Positions 24,943 to 34,230 of a stretch of 64,000 bases of DNA are shown one piece after another (the stretch's first letter is position 1; every line of letters begins with the position of its first letter). The position numbers were made by a program, and so were the translations under genes. The stretch is from Vicinamibacterales bacterium (lineage in GTDB: Bacteria; Acidobacteriota; Vicinamibacteria; Vicinamibacterales; UBA2999): the NCBI GenBank assembly GCA_050185275.1, contig JBFWZN010000003.1, positions 147,436 through 211,435 of the forward strand, given 5' to 3'. Below the pieces are notes generated by a model. It ran no database searches. It worked only from the letters and a program-made list of their open reading frames with translations, and was not told the origin of the DNA.

Positions 24943-26381
24943 TCGCTGACCTAAGGCCCTATAACGCGATGAAGGACTCCGGCGTGCCGTGGCTGGGGGA
25001 GGTGCCGGAACATTGGGAGGTGAGAAAGCTCCGACAGGTGCTGACTCGCTGCGCCGAACGGAACCGGCCTGACTTGCCCCTTCTATCCGTAGTTCGCGAA
25101 CGGGGAGTGATCCTCCGCGATACAACAGGTGGCGATGAGAATCACAACTACATCCCTGACGACTTGAGCAACTACAAGGTGGTTCGTTCAGGCCAGTTTG
25201 CCATGAACAAAATGAAGGCCTGGCAGGGCTCGTATGGTGTGTCCCGGTATGACGGCATCGTCAGTCCTGCCTACTTCGTCTTCGAGCTTTGCGACGTCAG
25301 TGGGTCGTTTTTCAACGCGTCAATCCGCTCACGAGCGTACGTGCCTGCTTTCACGCAGGCGTCCGACGGCGTCCGAATCGGCCAGTGGGACTTGTCCGAG
25401 ACTCGAATGCGCGAAATCTCGTTCGTGGCCCCACCCCTCCCCGAACAAGCCGCCATCGTCCGTTTCCTCGACCACGCGGACCGGCGGATTCGGCGTTACA
25501 TCCGCGCCAAGCAGAAGCTGATCAAGCTGCTGGAGGAGCAGAAGCAGGCCATCATCCACCGCGCCGTCACCCGCGGCCTCGACCCCAACGTCCGCCTCAA
25601 GCCCTCCGGCGTGGAGTGGCTGGGGGATGTGCCGGAGCACTGGAAGGTGGTGCGACTTAAGTCACTGGTGTCCCGTGTGACAAGTGGTTCTCGCGGGTGG
25701 TCCAATTTCGCGGCCGACTCTGGAGTACTTTTCATTCGGATCGGAAACCTTACACGAGCGTCGCTCGATCTCGATCTCGAAAGCAGCGTCCGCCTTCAGC
25801 TACCCGCGAACGTGCTCGGCGAAGCCGCCAGAACCCGGGTTCAGCCGGACGACATCCTCCTGTCGATCACCGCGTTTATTGGGTCTGTGGCAGTCGTGCC
25901 CTCTGAGATCGAGGAGGCATACGTCAGCCAGCATGTCGCTTGCTGTCGACCTCGTGCGGGGGTCGCCAACTCACGCTGGGTTGGATACGTGCTGCTGTCG
26001 AACGTCGGTCAGACGCACGGGCAGCTCAGTATGTATGGAGGAACAAAGCAGGGCCTGTCACTCGATGACGTCAAGAACTACGTGGTTATGGTTCCTCCGC
26101 GGAACGAGCAAGATCGGCTCGTCGAATGGATTGAGCACGCGACGGCGACACTGAGCGCGCGCATCAGGAGCGCTCAGCGCAAGGTCGCCCTCCTCCGCGA
26201 ATACCGCACCCGCCTGATCGCGGATGTGGTCACTGGTAAGCGCGACGTGCGCGAGGCGGCGGCGCGGCTGCCGGACGAAGTCGAAGAACCAGAGCCGCTC
26301 GACGAGATCGAGGCCAATGGCGACACCGAAGAGGCAGGCGTCGACGACACCGACGCCGTGCCGGAGGGGGCGGAGGCATGA
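24939..26381 (+). CDS. hsdS: type I restriction-modification system, specificity subunit S (two target-recognition domains)
   Basis: Duplicated TRD entry motifs VPWLGEVPEHWEVRKL and VEWLGDVPEHWKVVRLKSL. Two conserved coiled-coil spacers: EQAAIVRFLDHADRRIRRYIRAKQKLIKLLEEQKQAIIHRAV and EQDRLVEWIEHATATLSARIRSAQRKVALLREYRTRLIADVV. ATGA overlaps occur with both neighbouring genes. Confidence 0.92.
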   Translation: MIADLRPYNAMKDSGVPWLGEVPEHWEVRKLRQVLTRCAERNRPDLPLLSVVRERGVILRDTTGGDENHNYIPDDLSNYKVVRSGQFAMNKMKAWQGSYGVSRYDGIVSPAYFVFELCDVSGSFFNASIRSRAYVPAFTQASDGVRIGQWDLSETRMREISFVAPPLPEQAAIVRFLDHADRRIRRYIRAKQKLIKLLEEQKQAIIHRAVTRGLDPNVRLKPSGVEWLGDVPEHWKVVRLKSLVSRVTSGSRGWSNFAADSGVLFIRIGNLTRASLDLDLESSVRLQLPANVLGEAARTRVQPDDILLSITAFIGSVAVVPSEIEEAYVSQHVACCRPRAGVANSRWVGYVLLSNVGQTHGQLSMYGGTKQGLSLDDVKNYVVMVPPRNEQDRLVEWIEHATATLSARIRSAQRKVALLREYRTRLIADVVTGKRDVREAAARLPDEVEEPEPLDEIEANGDTEEAGVDDTDAVPEGAEA

Positions 26382-29380
26382 CCACCGACACCTCCGAACG
26401 CGGGCTCGAGCGGCTGATCTGCACGGTGCTCACCGGGGCGGCCTGCGATCCGGGGGCGGTCAAGGCAGATGCCGTCCGCGAGCGTCCCGCCGTCTATGGC
26501 GCGGGCTGGAGCTGCGGCGCGCCCGAGGACTACGACCGCGAGTACTGCGTGGACCTCGCCCAGCTCTTGGCCTTCCTGCTCGAGACGCAGCCGGACGTGG
26601 CCGACGCGCTCGACCTGGGTGAGGACGGGCCGACGCGGCGCAAATTCCTGGCGCGGCTCCAGGGCGAGATCACCAAGCGCGGCACCATCGACGTGCTGCG
26701 CCACGGGCTCAAGCACGGGCCGCACCACCTCGACATCTTCTACGGCACGCCCTCGCCGGGCAACGCCAGGGCCGCCGAGCGCTACGCCCAGAACCGCTTC
26801 AGCGTCACCCGCCAGCTCCGCTACAGCCGCGACGAGACGCAGCGCGCGCTCGACCTGGGCCTGTTCATCAACGGCCTGCCCGTCGCCACCTTCGAGCTGA
26901 AGAACAGCCTGACCAAGCAGACGGTCGCCGACGCCGTGGAGCAGTACCAGCGCGACCGCGACTCGCGCGAGAAGCTCTTCGAGTTCGGCCGCTGCGTGGT
27001 GCACTTCGCCGTGGACGACCACGAGGTGCGCTTCTGCACGCACCTGAAGGGCAAGGGCTCGTGGTTCCTGCCCTTCAACCAGGGCTGGAACGACGGCGCC
27101 GGCAACCCGCCCAACCCGAACGGCCTCAAGACCGACTACCTGTGGAAGCGCGTCCTCACCCGTGAGGGGCTCACCGACATCCTCGAGAACTATGCGCAGG
27201 TCGTCGAGACCAAGGACGAGAAGACCGGAAGGAAGAAGGCGGTGCAGATCTGGCCGCGCTTCCACCAGCTCGATGTGGTGCGACGGCTGCTCGCCGACGC
27301 GCAGGCGAGCGGCGCAGGCCGGCGCTACCTGATCCAGCACTCGGCGGGCAGCGGCAAGTCCAACTCGATCGCCTGGCTCGCGCACCAGCTCATCGGGCTG
27401 AAGAAGGACGAGGCGACGGTCTTCGACTCGATCATCGTCGTCACCGACCGCAGGATCCTCGACCAGCAGATCAAGGACACCATCAAGCAGTTCGCGCAGG
27501 TGGGCGCCACGGTCGGCCACGCCGAGCGCTCGGGCGACCTGCGCAAGTTCATCGCCGAGGGGAAGAAGATCATCATCTCCACGGTGCAGAAGTTCCCGTT
27601 CATCCTCGACGAGGTCGGGAGTGAGCACCGCGGGCGACGCTTCGCGATCGTGATCGACGAGGCGCATTCGAGCCAGGGCGGGCGGACCTCGGCCGCATTG
27701 TCGATGGCGCTCTCCACCACCGGGGCCGGGGAGGACGACGACACCCTCGAGGACCAGATCAACCGGCTCATGAAGGCGAAGAAGCTGCTGCCCAACGCCA
27801 GCTACTTCGCCTTCACCGCCACGCCCAAGAACAAGACGCTCGAGATCTTCGGATATCCCGAGCCGCAGACCGATGGCACGGTGAAGCACCGGCCGTTCCA
27901 CAGCTACACGATGAAGCAGGCGATTCAAGAGGGCTTCATCCTGGACGTGCTCGAGCACTACACGCCGGTCGAGAGCTACTACAAGCTGGTCAAGAAGGTG
28001 GAGGGCGACCCCGAGTTCGACACCAAGCGCGCGAAGAAGAAGCTGCGCCGCTATGTGGAGAGCCACGACCACGCGATCCGCCTAAAGGCCGAGATCATGG
28101 TGGACCACTTCCACGAACAGGTGCTTGCGCTGAGAAAGATCGGCGGCGAGGCCCGCGCGATGGTGGTGACCAGCGGCATCGAGCGCGCGATCCAGTATTA
28201 TTTCGCGATTCGCGACTACCTCACCGAGCGCAAGAGCCGATATCAGGCCATTGTGGCGTTCTCGGGCGAGCACGAGTACGGCGGCGCGAAGGTGACGGAG
28301 GCGTCGCTCAACGGCTTTCCGTCGAGCCAGATCGCCGACACGATCCAGGTGGATCCGTACCGGTTCCTGGTCTGTGCCGACAAGTTCCAGACCGGCTACG
28401 ACGAGCCGCTGCTGCACACGATGTACGTGGACAAGGTGCTCTCGGGCATCAAGGCGGTGCAGACGCTGTCGCGGCTCAACCGCGCGCACCCGAAGAAGCA
28501 CGACGTGTTCGTGCTCGACTTCATGAACGACTTGGACACGATCCAGGAAGCGTTCGCGGACTACTACCGCACCACGGCGCTGGCCGAAGAAACCGACCCG
28601 AACAAGCTGCACGACCTGAAGGCCGCGCTCGATGGCTACCAGGTCTACACCCGGTTGCAGGTGGACGGCCTCGCAGCGCTCTACCTGGGTGAGGCGGACC
28701 GCGACCGGCTCGATCCCATCCTCGACGCGTGTGTCGCCGACTACCGGGAGCAGCTCGACGAAGACGGGCAGGTGGATTTCAAGGGCAAGGCCAAGGCCTT
28801 CCTGCGGGCCTATGGGTTCCTCTCAGCGATCCTGCCGTACACCAACGCCGACTGGGAGAAGCTCTCCATCTTCCTCACGTTCCTCGTGCCCAAGCTGCCG
28901 GCGCCCGTTGAGGAAGACCTGGCCAAGGGCATCCTCGAGGCGATCGACATGGACAGCTACCGTGTGGAGAAGCAGGCGGTGGCCAGAATCCAGCTCCCGG
29001 ACGCGGATGCGGAGATCGAACCGGTGCCGACCACCGGTGGCGGCCACAAGCCCGAGCCGGAGCTCGACCGGCTGTCGAACATCTTGAAGACCTTCAACGA
29101 CCAGTTCGGGAACATCCCTTGGGCAGATGCGGACCGAATCTACCGCAAGATCACCGAAGACATTCCGTCGAGGGTTGCGGCTGACCCTGCATTTCAGAAC
29201 GCGACCAAGAACTCGGACAGGCAGAACGCGCGCATCGAGCACGACATGGCGCTTCAGCGAGTCGTGGTGGGCATGATGAAGGACGACACCGAGCTGTTCA
29301 AACAGTTCATGGACAACGAAGGGTTCCGGCGCTGGATGACGGACACCGTCTTCAAGCTGACCTACGAAGCGGCTGGCTAG
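26378..29380 (+). CDS. hsdR: type I restriction endonuclease subunit R (SF2 helicase/translocase-nuclease)
   Basis: N-terminal PD-(D/E)xK region ALDLGLFINGLPVATFELKN. Helicase motif I HSAGSGKSNSIAW and DEAH box VIDEAHSSQGG. The C-terminal region is typical of HsdR. Confidence 0.93.
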   Translation: MTTDTSERGLERLICTVLTGAACDPGAVKADAVRERPAVYGAGWSCGAPEDYDREYCVDLAQLLAFLLETQPDVADALDLGEDGPTRRKFLARLQGEITKRGTIDVLRHGLKHGPHHLDIFYGTPSPGNARAAERYAQNRFSVTRQLRYSRDETQRALDLGLFINGLPVATFELKNSLTKQTVADAVEQYQRDRDSREKLFEFGRCVVHFAVDDHEVRFCTHLKGKGSWFLPFNQGWNDGAGNPPNPNGLKTDYLWKRVLTREGLTDILENYAQVVETKDEKTGRKKAVQIWPRFHQLDVVRRLLADAQASGAGRRYLIQHSAGSGKSNSIAWLAHQLIGLKKDEATVFDSIIVVTDRRILDQQIKDTIKQFAQVGATVGHAERSGDLRKFIAEGKKIIISTVQKFPFILDEVGSEHRGRRFAIVIDEAHSSQGGRTSAALSMALSTTGAGEDDDTLEDQINRLMKAKKLLPNASYFAFTATPKNKTLEIFGYPEPQTDGTVKHRPFHSYTMKQAIQEGFILDVLEHYTPVESYYKLVKKVEGDPEFDTKRAKKKLRRYVESHDHAIRLKAEIMVDHFHEQVLALRKIGGEARAMVVTSGIERAIQYYFAIRDYLTERKSRYQAIVAFSGEHEYGGAKVTEASLNGFPSSQIADTIQVDPYRFLVCADKFQTGYDEPLLHTMYVDKVLSGIKAVQTLSRLNRAHPKKHDVFVLDFMNDLDTIQEAFADYYRTTALAEETDPNKLHDLKAALDGYQVYTRLQVDGLAALYLGEADRDRLDPILDACVADYREQLDEDGQVDFKGKAKAFLRAYGFLSAILPYTNADWEKLSIFLTFLVPKLPAPVEEDLAKGILEAIDMDSYRVEKQAVARIQLPDADAEIEPVPTTGGGHKPEPELDRLSNILKTFNDQFGNIPWADADRIYRKITEDIPSRVAADPAFQNATKNSDRQNARIEHDMALQRVVVGMMKDDTELFKQFMDNEGFRRWMTDTVFKLTYEAAG

Positions 29381-29491
29381 CGGACCACACGGGTAGAGAT
29401 CACCCACGGGTTCACGCTGAACATGGCGCCGTCTCGGCCGAACGCGTTGGTCGCCGGAATGACTGGTGACGGCGTGTGCAGAGGCTGCCGT

Positions 29492-30514
29492 TCACGCAAC
29501 CAGGGCCAGCAGGTCTTGATGGATCGCCTGCCAGGGCTGGGCAAGGTTGATCGTTCGGATGCTGATCCGATGGTCGTTGTACATGTAGGAGGCTGACAGC
29601 GCCGTATCGGCCGTCGGGTACAGCAGGATGGCCTCGCACCCCGCATCCTCCGACGGCAGGTTGTCCAGATACGCGTTCAATTGGTACAGGTGCGCTGAGC
29701 GCAGTGTGTGCGCATCAGACATGTAGTGGCGCTGCGTCACAAGCGGCGTGTACTTGCACTCGATGATGATCTTCCTGTCCTCGGCTGTCAGGCTCACGTC
29801 TGTCTGCATCCGCGGGAGCAGGTCGTCGGCGCCATGATCTTCAGGAACCCAGCCGAACCGGATGTTCTCGCGTTTCACGCGATACCGGCTGTGCAGGCGG
29901 TAGAAGTGCCTGACGAACCCCTCGTAGAGCGCCGCCATCTGCTTCTCGTCGCGTGTGAAGTCGTTGAAGCTGCTCCGGCCAGGCGTTTCGGAGATCAGTA
30001 GGTTCCGATGGATCAGCTCGCACACCTTCATCAGGAAGTCGTAGAACCGGTTGTTTCTATGCAGCTGCACCTGGCCGAAGAGCCGGCTTCGGATCTCGAT
30101 GTCGCGCACATCAGACAGCTGGCGCACCAGGCCTGTAAGGGCCGCCGCATTGTTGCGCGATACGCCTCGCACGTGAAGCAGTTGGCGGGCTGTCGCCTTG
30201 AGAAGCTGGTTGTGCAGGATGTCGTAGCTCAGCTCGTCGAACTCGCAGGGCAGGGTCGCTGTCAGCACACCCGCCTTCGTTGCGGCATCGAAGAGCAGCT
30301 TGCCTCGCAAGCGGCCCGTCCACTCCTCGTGTGCCACATAACTCCGGTCGAAGCCGCGCTTCAGGAGGTGATTCGTACCGGTGACGAGCACCCGTGCGAA
30401 CAGGTTGACGAGTTCCGTGACACCGACCGCGTCCACATCGACGACATCCCTCTCTTCTAGCTTGTCCCAGGCGTAGCACAGCAGGAAGTAGATGTTCTGG
30501 ATCGGGATCTCCAT
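29492..30514 (-). CDS. mcrC: McrC-like nuclease subunit of a McrBC modification-dependent restriction system
   Basis: Typical McrC N-terminus IQNIYFLLCYAWDKLEERD. PD-(D/E)xK core MQTDVSL...KIIIECKYT. It lies directly downstream of mcrB. Confidence 0.88.
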   Translation of the reverse strand: MEIPIQNIYFLLCYAWDKLEERDVVDVDAVGVTELVNLFARVLVTGTNHLLKRGFDRSYVAHEEWTGRLRGKLLFDAATKAGVLTATLPCEFDELSYDILHNQLLKATARQLLHVRGVSRNNAAALTGLVRQLSDVRDIEIRSRLFGQVQLHRNNRFYDFLMKVCELIHRNLLISETPGRSSFNDFTRDEKQMAALYEGFVRHFYRLHSRYRVKRENIRFGWVPEDHGADDLLPRMQTDVSLTAEDRKIIIECKYTPLVTQRHYMSDAHTLRSAHLYQLNAYLDNLPSEDAGCEAILLYPTADTALSASYMYNDHRISIRTINLAQPWQAIHQDLLALVA

Positions 30515-30524
30515 CGGCTACGTC

Positions 30525-33065
30525 TCAGGCCAGCAGCGCCTTCCGCTGCTCGTCGACCTTCCGCTCATCGTCGAACCAGTACTCCTGAATCAGCGGGACG
30601 ATCTCCTGCGACACGATCCGGCGGTACCACTGTTCGTCGGCACGGTCTCCGTTCCGAAGACAGAAATAGCTGTGCCCGATCTCGTATCCTGGGCCCAGGT
30701 TCTTCGTGTCTGCACAGATGACCTCGTTGAGCGCCTGCATCCGGGTCACGATCCGCGTGGCCAGATCGCGGTCGACGCCGTGGTTCGCCAGATGAGTGGC
30801 GAACGCTCCGTTGGTGAACTCGGGACGTAGAGCCAGGAACCGGAACCTGCGCCGCAGTGCATAGTCGACCATGGCCAGTGAGCGATCGGCGGTGTTCATC
30901 GTCCCGATGAGGTAAACGTTCTCGGGGATGTAGAACGTGTCGCTCGAATCGCTTGCATATGCGAGCGGGATCGCGAACTCGCTGCCGCGCTTGTCCGGCT
31001 CGACGAGCATCATCAGCTCGCCGAGAATCTTGCTCAGATTTCCCCGGTTGATCTCATCGATGATGAATACGTAGGCAAGGTTCTTGGCTTCATCCCGCTG
31101 GGCGCGCCGGCAGAACTGGTGGAACACTCCGTATCTGAGGTCGAACGTCCCCTTCGCTGTCGGCCGAAAGCCCTCTACGAAATCCTCGTAGGAATAGGAC
31201 TGGTGAAACTGGATCATCTCGATGCGCTGGGGATCGTCTGAGCCAATCAACGCTCGTGCGAGGCGCCGTGCCACGAATGTCTTGCCGACGCCTGGCGGTC
31301 CCTGAAGCACGATGTTCTTCTTCTCGCGCATCGCCTCCAGCGCGTCGTCGAACTGCGTCTCCGTGAGGAACAACCCGTCCATCGCCATGTGCTTTGTGTA
31401 GCGCTTCGGCTCGCGCGTCCGTGCGGGATTCGCGTCGTCGATGAGGCTACGAATGGCTTCGTATTCCTCCTCACGGAGCTTGAAGAGGCTCCCTTGATGG
31501 TTGACTAGCGGTTCGGCAGCCTCGAGTTCAGGAATGCCCTTCAGGGCCTCGTAGAGCACTGGCTTCCCAAGCCGCTCGATCTTCTCCAGCTCGATCTGCT
31601 CTCCGTGCTCCCCTTGGTGAAGCCCCTTCGTGATCCTGCAGATGCCGACGATCTCCCGCTGTGGGCTCGTGACGTAGCCGATGACGAGATCGCCCGGGCG
31701 GACGTCGGCGAAGTACTTGTACTTCTGCCGCTTGTTCCCCTTCTCGTTGTGCGACGTATACCACTGGGTTCCGCCCACGGGCATGTCTTCGAAGCTCCAC
31801 ACTTGTGGATTCGCGTTCAGCCACCAGTGAGAGACGCCCCTTGTCGATGCCGTGGCCGAAGAGGAGGTCGCAGGCTCTGCTGGGGCCTCCCTCTCGAAGG
31901 CGACCAGCTTCCCGAGGCGTTCGACGAGGTCCGGATACCGAGTGATGTCCGTCAGGGTCTTGACGGGCAGGCGCTCGTCGTCTAATTGCCATTCGCCCCT
32001 CTTGAGCCAGCGCATGGCTCTTCGGTGCTTGAAGGCGTCACGAGCGCTGTCGTACTCGTAGTCGCCGAGAACGATGCCGTAGCCGACAATCAGGTGCATC
32101 CCCTGCTTCACGAACACCACGTCGCCCGGGCGCATACCGTGCACGAACTGCCAGCAGGCGAGCGTGTCGTTCGCCTTTGAGGACGTGCTGTGATTGATCT
32201 CTTGCAGCGCCTCTCGGATGGCAGCTTTGTCGCGATAGGACCTGAGGTCGGCCGTGCCCTCCCAGTCGACCGCGATGACGCTCTGGTCGTGAAACTCCTG
32301 CCAGTGAGTAGCTCTCTTGCCAGGCGCATACACCCAGTAGCGACGCGCTGTTGCGGGCTCGTCGTCGGGGACGTCACCCTCGCCAGCCAGACCCCTCGTG
32401 GAGGCCCACACGTGCGCGTCGTGTGAGATTTGCGGGCCGCTATCGGTGCCGGCGGCGAACATCGCGCGAGTCCACTCTGCGTAGCTGGTGTAGTCGTTCG
32501 GCTCGACGAAGACGCCCTTGTGCTGGGCGTACCCCCGAGTCTTCCGGTCGCACGGCAGGAACTGCTCGGGATTAACCCAGAATAGCCCGATCGTCAGCTT
32601 GCTGATCTTCGTGCCACGAATGTGCCGGCACTGCTCGAAGAGCTGCTTGTCAATCTGTTCAACCGTTCCTGTGGCGGCCTGCCTGACCAGCTCCCAGAGT
32701 TGGCCGACGTCGTGTGTTCCTCGCGTGTCCGCGTAGGAGACGAACCACGAACTCATGTTGTTCACGATCGGAATGCCGCTGAAGTCGTCGGGCACTGCGG
32801 CTGCGAGGCCCCACCGCTCCTTCAGGAACCGCCAGTTGTTCTTGCGGGCGTCGTCTCGGAGACCACGGTTGAAGGAGGCGAGAAACGTCAGTGGATCGAT
32901 CTCGGCGAGCGGAATGGATGTGGTGCCGTCCCGGTCCGTCAGGCTGATCACCTTGAGCTGCTTCTCCTCCATCTCACGGAGCACGGCCAGGAGTGCCCGC
33001 TGCGGCTGTTCAAGATCAAGTAGCTTACGAACGGCTTCCTTGTGAATGGGAATCCACGTGAACAT
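30525..33065 (-). CDS. mcrB: McrB-like AAA+ GTPase with extended multi-domain N-terminus (two PUA/EVE-like modules)
   Basis: AAA+ core NIVLQGPPGVGKTF, FIIDEINRGNLSKILGELMMLVE and IGTMNTADRSLAMVDYALRRRF. N-terminal modules: residues 1-220 (unknown), 240-395 (YWVYAPG...GMRPGDVVFV...GYGIV) and 410-545 (HWWLNANPQVW...VRPGDLVIGYVTSPQREIVGICRI). Confidence 0.9.
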   Translation of the reverse strand: MFTWIPIHKEAVRKLLDLEQPQRALLAVLREMEEKQLKVISLTDRDGTTSIPLAEIDPLTFLASFNRGLRDDARKNNWRFLKERWGLAAAVPDDFSGIPIVNNMSSWFVSYADTRGTHDVGQLWELVRQAATGTVEQIDKQLFEQCRHIRGTKISKLTIGLFWVNPEQFLPCDRKTRGYAQHKGVFVEPNDYTSYAEWTRAMFAAGTDSGPQISHDAHVWASTRGLAGEGDVPDDEPATARRYWVYAPGKRATHWQEFHDQSVIAVDWEGTADLRSYRDKAAIREALQEINHSTSSKANDTLACWQFVHGMRPGDVVFVKQGMHLIVGYGIVLGDYEYDSARDAFKHRRAMRWLKRGEWQLDDERLPVKTLTDITRYPDLVERLGKLVAFEREAPAEPATSSSATASTRGVSHWWLNANPQVWSFEDMPVGGTQWYTSHNEKGNKRQKYKYFADVRPGDLVIGYVTSPQREIVGICRITKGLHQGEHGEQIELEKIERLGKPVLYEALKGIPELEAAEPLVNHQGSLFKLREEEYEAIRSLIDDANPARTREPKRYTKHMAMDGLFLTETQFDDALEAMREKKNIVLQGPPGVGKTFVARRLARALIGSDDPQRIEMIQFHQSYSYEDFVEGFRPTAKGTFDLRYGVFHQFCRRAQRDEAKNLAYVFIIDEINRGNLSKILGELMMLVEPDKRGSEFAIPLAYASDSSDTFYIPENVYLIGTMNTADRSLAMVDYALRRRFRFLALRPEFTNGAFATHLANHGVDRDLATRIVTRMQALNEVICADTKNLGPGYEIGHSYFCLRNGDRADEQWYRRIVSQEIVPLIQEYWFDDERKVDEQRKALLA

Positions 33066-33340
33066 TGTTGATTCTCGGCGAGGAAGTGCACGTCGAGGTG
33101 CACGACTGACGTTCGTTCACTGCGAGATGAACCCGGGATCAAGCAGGCATAGGCCACGAGGGCGCTCGAGCCGTGCGTATGGTAACCGACGGCGCCACGT
33201 CTGGCTAACGCACGCCCTCCGTGGCTCCGATATCCAGAAGGCGCCCAGTGGTAGCACGTCAGCCGGATGCGACGCCGCTGCCCCGTTGATTCCTCTGCGT
33301 GCTGGGACCTCCGGCGCCATGGAGTAGGGAGGAGCCTTCG

Positions 33341-34114
33341 ATGATTCGAACTACTCGGTTCGTCCTCTCAGCGGCGCTCCTGCTCCTGCCTGCAGTGGCA
33401 CTGTGCCATGAGATCCTTGCCATCCCTCAGGACGCCACGCTCGCCGGCCGCCTTGCCGGCGCGGAGTCTGCCGCCGTCGTGCGAGTGGTCAGCAGCCCCG
33501 AGATCGTCGAGGGGCCCAATCCCGCGGAGCCGGCGCTGCTCGAGCAGAGCGGACCCGTGTGGGACGTTGTCGTTCCTGAGGACGCCACGCTCGCCGGGCG
33601 CCTTGCCCGCGCGGAGTCTGCCGCCATCGTGCGAGTGGTCAGCGGCCCGGAGATCGTCGAGCGGCCCAATCCACTGGAGCAGGCGGTATTCGAGCAGAGC
33701 GGAGCCGTAATGGAGCTGGAGCCGCTGGTCTTCAGCGTCTACCAGGTGGAGGTGGTGGAAGTCCTGAAGGTGGGCTCGCGGGTGGGCGTGGCCGGCGCGC
33801 AGGTCGGCCTGGTTCTTCGAGGCCTCCACGACGGCCAAGGAGCGGTGCAAGGGGCCACGGACACTCCTCCGCTCACGCGGAACGGGGAGTACCTGATGTT
33901 CTTCCGGCGGTCAGACCTCGCGCTGGGCGGTGTCACGGCATTGGTGTTCGACCAGTTCGAGCTGCGGGACGGTCGCGTCGTGGGTTCGGGCTACACGAAC
34001 CAGCTGCGCTACGCCTCTCAGCTGATAGGCATCGAGCGGCATGTCGCGGCCGACCTGGTGAGGAGTGCCGCGCTGCGCGGTCAAGCTACGGAGCCTTCGC
34101 CGCGGGAGCCGTGA
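33341..34114 (+). CDS. secreted hypothetical protein with an internal 50-aa tandem duplication
   Basis: GGGAGGAG RBS and signal peptide MIRTTRFVLSAALLLLPAVALC. Two near-identical blocks read DATLAGRLA.AESAA.VRVVS.PEIVE.PNP. Confidence 0.6.
   Translation: MIRTTRFVLSAALLLLPAVALCHEILAIPQDATLAGRLAGAESAAVVRVVSSPEIVEGPNPAEPALLEQSGPVWDVVVPEDATLAGRLARAESAAIVRVVSGPEIVERPNPLEQAVFEQSGAVMELEPLVFSVYQVEVVEVLKVGSRVGVAGAQVGLVLRGLHDGQGAVQGATDTPPLTRNGEYLMFFRRSDLALGGVTALVFDQFELRDGRVVGSGYTNQLRYASQLIGIERHVAADLVRSAALRGQATEPSPREP
33425..33724 (+). repeat. 2 x 150-bp in-frame tandem direct repeat
   Basis: Copy 1 spans 33425-33574 and copy 2 spans 33575-33724. Both begin CCTSAGGACGCCACGCTCGCCGG and are highly similar over roughly the first 110 nt. 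Confidence 0.8.
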
Positions 34115-34230
34115 GGGGCAGGACTCGGCTTGCAGCAGCACGGAGGGCTACAAGATGGCCGGCATTGGACGCGTCAGATGGTCGCCCCCAAGGACGTCCC
34201 GTGACGTGCGCGGCGGGGCTATACTGCCGC

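Noticed and set aside
26174-28072. 632-aa ORF on the minus strand
   Set aside because: It is antisense to hsdS/hsdR and has no motifs. It is a high-GC shadow ORF.
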